Below, in pieces: positions 59,981 to 64,000 of a DNA stretch of 64,000 nucleotides (positions are counted from its first letter, which is position 1; each line of letters opens with the position of its first letter). The stretch is from assembly GCA_965235115.1 (NCBI GenBank), contig OZ249436.1:53384001-53448000 (forward strand). The letters run 5' to 3'. A model generated the notes under the pieces. That model did not search any database. It saw nothing but the letters and a program-made list of their open reading frames with translations, and had not been told where the DNA came from. Source of the stretch: Laetmonice hystrix. Taxonomy: Eukaryota. Made by a program: the position numbers and the translations under genes.

Positions 59981-62900
59981 ATGCATGCACCCTACATAAA
60001 ACCCGTTGTCGTGGTTAGTCTTACATAGGAAATTCAAAAAATACTCTTGCATGCATCCAAACATTTTCAACGAAAATCATGAAAACGGGCAAAACGTGTC
60101 CAGAAAAGAAAACTGCCCAAAAAAAACTTGGGACCAAAAGGAAACTTTTTGAAAATAAAGGAAAGAAAAAACTGGTTATAAACCGGATTCAGACTCTTCG
60201 TCTCCTTGGGTATGACGAAAGGAAGTCTGATTGTATTAATATACCCTTTGTAAGGGGGGAAACCTTATTTGTGTATTTCTAAACGTCCGACGTCTACCTG
60301 CACCACCCACGCCTGTACTGCGAGTTACGGACAGATCGTACCTGTTGCAAGGCCTATAGGTTGGATAAACTACTAGTTTATCTTCGTTAATTGTGGGAAG
60401 CAGCGGTCTGATGATGTTACGGACGTTTAGAGAGACAGCCTCTTTATGGCCTACCACAAGGATTGACTGAGTAAATGACAGGGAATACAAATTATAGTGT
60501 CAACTTCGGGAATTACTGGTTTCAGTTAATGCAGGAAGACTGATTCCCCATTTTAGTGGGAGTTACCGTCTACTCGTGCTCTCAGCTGGATACTAAGAAG
60601 AGGGGACAAAACCTGGAGCCGAAATAAACATCGTCGTCTCTGCCGTCTATTGTTACAATGAAATACCGCAACGTCTTTCCCCGTGTTTCCTACCCTCTGA
60701 TTACGTTTTATGGATTGGCGTCTGGCATTCGCAATATAACATTTAGATCTATGAAAAAGGTTGCGCACTGGCAACATTTGACAAGGTATTCCGGACCCAG
60801 CCCGCTCCCATGCATTTCACTGCGGCAAGAGCACATCTGAGTTGAACTTTATAATAGGTCGACGCTGAGAGATCGGTTTTCTGTTAATCTGGTTCAGTCT
60901 TTTCATCTCTTTATTCTGCGGTTCTCGCGGATCAATAGTTCAGCATCGTCTTACATTTGATACCAGCTCCTCCGTGGATTGGAAGAGACGGTGCGTGTCT
61001 AACGCATTCCACGTGGCCCCCGCACATGGCATATGTTCTCAAACTGACGTTTCTTTCTCAGCCCGTCCTGGTAAATATCCAGGCAAGTGTAACCAACGAG
61101 TCTATACTCGTTTGTGTAACGCAGTATGAAGGCCCCGTGTCCAGTAGGCCTAAGCTCTCTATGTTGCCAGAATGGTAATGGGTAGAGTTGGGTATAGGCA
61201 GCATGTCAGGTGCGTGTACAACGAACACATGCCATGTACGTGTTGTCACAGGCACAGTGTATAGACATGTAGGCTCACTGTCAGGGGGTGTAAGTTGCCT
61301 ATTTCTACAACCTGAACAACAATGAGTTCAATAAAAAAAAATGCTCTGATTCAATAACGCGTATTACAGAATTAACTCTGGCAGGACAGTGGAACATTAT
61401 ATACAACTTTCCAGTAAGAAAATCAAATAAGGCACCATTGCGTGGTTTTGCCAAAGGTAGCATCTTTATAAACTTGAGTCAATGCTAATTATTTTAACTC
61501 AATGAGATGATCAGTTTGCCCCAAATGACACTGAAGTTAAGCTTAAACATAAATACTAATTCCGCAACGGGGTCTTATTCAGCACGAAGGTAACATTGTA
61601 ACTGAGGAAAATAAACATTAAACCGTCTTATTTAAAGGATTAGAAAATGGTTTTTAGTAAAAATGTGGTCTCGTTGACGCTAAAATAAGGTTCTCCTTTA
61701 ACTTTGACTAACTTGAACTGAAAGAAAAAACTAAAACTGTCATTCAGTGCCTTGCCAGAAAACCAAATCTAAAAACAGTGCAAAAAAGTTTTAACACGAT
61801 CTATAAAAAGTGGAAAGAAAAAACTTTTCAACCCTTTTCAAACGGCATAGTCGAATTCAATTGTATTAAAGAATTAAGAATTACGCATCAGCTCAGGAAT
61901 ACAACAGGAAGTTAAACAGGAACTGAATATTTACAACAGTTTGGTTCAGGACCCACACGTGCCAACATGTGTCGTTAAATTAGTAATAAATAAAGTCTTG
62001 CCTTAATTTAATGAAAGGAAAATATGCACGTTGTTGGTAAAATAAATATATAAATAAATCAAATAAATAAATAGAAGGTAGCTTTTACAGATACTACATG
62101 GGCCTAACAACAATTTATTACATGGGTTTAGGTCGTACGCACATGTATACGCTCATGTGTATCTATCTGAGAAGAAACCCCAAATGTGAACCATCCTGCA
62201 CGTTTAACATACGTCTGCATAATGAGACGTGTAGGGTTCAGCGCTTTTAGATCCTTGCGCTGTCATCTTGGCAAGCACGTCAGTAAAGTTACGTCTCAGC
62301 ACGTTATGTTGGCGCGCTAAACACGAGGGGTCGTGCGGCAGGGGCAGTGCAGGCAGCTGCGTCACCTGTACGTACTGTTTTCATAGCCCATTCAACTCTC
62401 TATACCGATAAGTGCACATCACGTTCATGGCACCGTCCTTTCAATTGTGCAATACCAACTGAAAAGCTCGTTAGAATAAATATTATTGAAACGGGTTAGT
62501 ACTCGAGCAACCCCTACCGTGGGGTGGGAGATCTCCGACAGTCAGGTCGAGATTACAAGTTGTGCAACGTTAAGCGTTTCTACTTGAGCGGCAGGCAGAC
62601 GTGTGAAGGGCTGATGTTCCGTGATTTGTCGCATGTACTCAGCTGTATAGATACAACTTGTAGGGCTATTCAACATGGAAGGGCAAGGAGGCGAGATAAA
62701 TAGAAAACGGTTGGTGAATGAGTGTGCACCAACAGCTGCCTGGAAGAGGTCCTTCACGTTGGCCCTAAACACCATGCATGTATATAGTAGGCCTTCATCT
62801 TTACTCTGAAGGCCTGCTTATTCATTTTACAATCTAAACACTGAGTCTCCTGTAGAAACTTATTCTTCCACGGGAGAAAAAAACCGACGGCTATATACTT

Positions 62901-64000
62901 ACACTTTAATGATACTGGAAATATTTGTCTCTTATTATTGAATCACGATAGTATACAAGTATAACACCAATCGGGCCTTAATATTCGGCCCAGTTGCGTA
63001 TAGCTTTAAAAGTTCCATTGAAATTTAGCTACATGAGAAATTTAACGAATGAAACGTCATATACAACTGGTCCATGGCAAAATGCTGCCTTAGGTTATTA
63101 GGATGGACATGCTGACTGTCTGCGGATGGAAACGATTTCCGTCCAATGTTTACCGACCACTTCCAACGCATTATAGGCTTGGTGTATTGCTTCTTGGAAA
63201 CGTACCTGAGACGTGGGTGAACCTCATGGTAAGTGTACTGAATATAATTCGAATGCGTCACATAAATGTCCTCCTCCTGCATGTCCATGCACTTATTGCC
63301 GATCATCAGCTAATGACCAACTTCCCTAGAACTTACAACTGTATTATTCATTGCTTGTCCAAGGTGGAACTGGAGTGTAAAGGCCAGGAAGAGTGTGTTT
63401 GCTTGCCCTCGTCGGAGGTTTAATCTGTATACATTCCGCCAGCGCTTCAATTGCTTGAGAAAGAGTTGTGTTTAGCTGGGGCGCACATATTCTATGGCGT
63501 TTCACCTGTCAGAGGTTCATCAAAGCGTGTATTTCTTTTTAAATCCTCGCCGTAGAACATCAATTCACACTCGCACCTGCAAGTCCAATCTCTTTAACTA
63601 TATAGATTCACGGATCTGAAGCGATCAGGTGGTCTCCGTAAAACACGCTGGGTATCATAGGCCCACGTTTCCACCTGAATGGAGCCATTGTGGACGTGAA
63701 GCCCATTTGTCATCATTGACCAACGATGGAGCCTGACGACTGGTCGCAGGCCTTTGTCCACAGAGAATCTTATGTGATGGGAGTTATTGAGCGAAAAATC
63801 TGCTCCAACCACACGTCTCATTATTGGTTCCTAATTCGAGATACAGTTTCCCCAGGTAGGCATTCAACAGTTGTCCTTAAAATTTGCTACCAACCATCGA
63901 TATTTTAATTGCACTCCTTTGAATGCTTGTCTGCCAAACATGCATGGCTTTCATTCGAGTGAAGACAGTTTGGCTATACAACTGGTACAGCGTAAAGCAG

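Noticed and set aside
62542..62775. ADMP first coding exon (contains EYMR)
   Set aside because: It has no signal peptide, no PxYMLDLY or IRSF prodomain motifs and no clear phase-1 donor.

Overview
Intron-rich, repeat-rich animal DNA, most consistent with an invertebrate bilaterian. I reconstructed eight spliced protein-coding genes by hand from GT-AG sites with reading phase checked at each junction. They are: USP36/42-like deubiquitinase (-, runs off the left edge); an uncharacterised, probably mitochondrial helical protein (+); a complete 19-exon secreted M12B/ADAMTS-like metalloprotease with two PLAC-like domains and no thrombospondin repeats (-); a small 2-TM protein with PPxY and PSAP motifs (+); an LCAT/PLA2G15-like lipase (-); METTL14 (-) head-to-head with CHCHD1 (+); and ADMP (-, 5' exon not found). 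Non-coding DNA holds many MITEs with visible TIRs/TSDs, a 5'-truncated LINE, a 4 x 334 bp array with tRNA-like A/B boxes and a 7 x 103 bp structured array. The best unannotated signal is four box C/D RNA copies in one METTL14 intron. Each carries an invariant 12-nt element antisense to U2 snRNA that, by the D+5 rule, predicts 2'-O-methylation of U2 G25. All homology calls come from motifs and sequences recalled from memory; no searches or folding programs were run.
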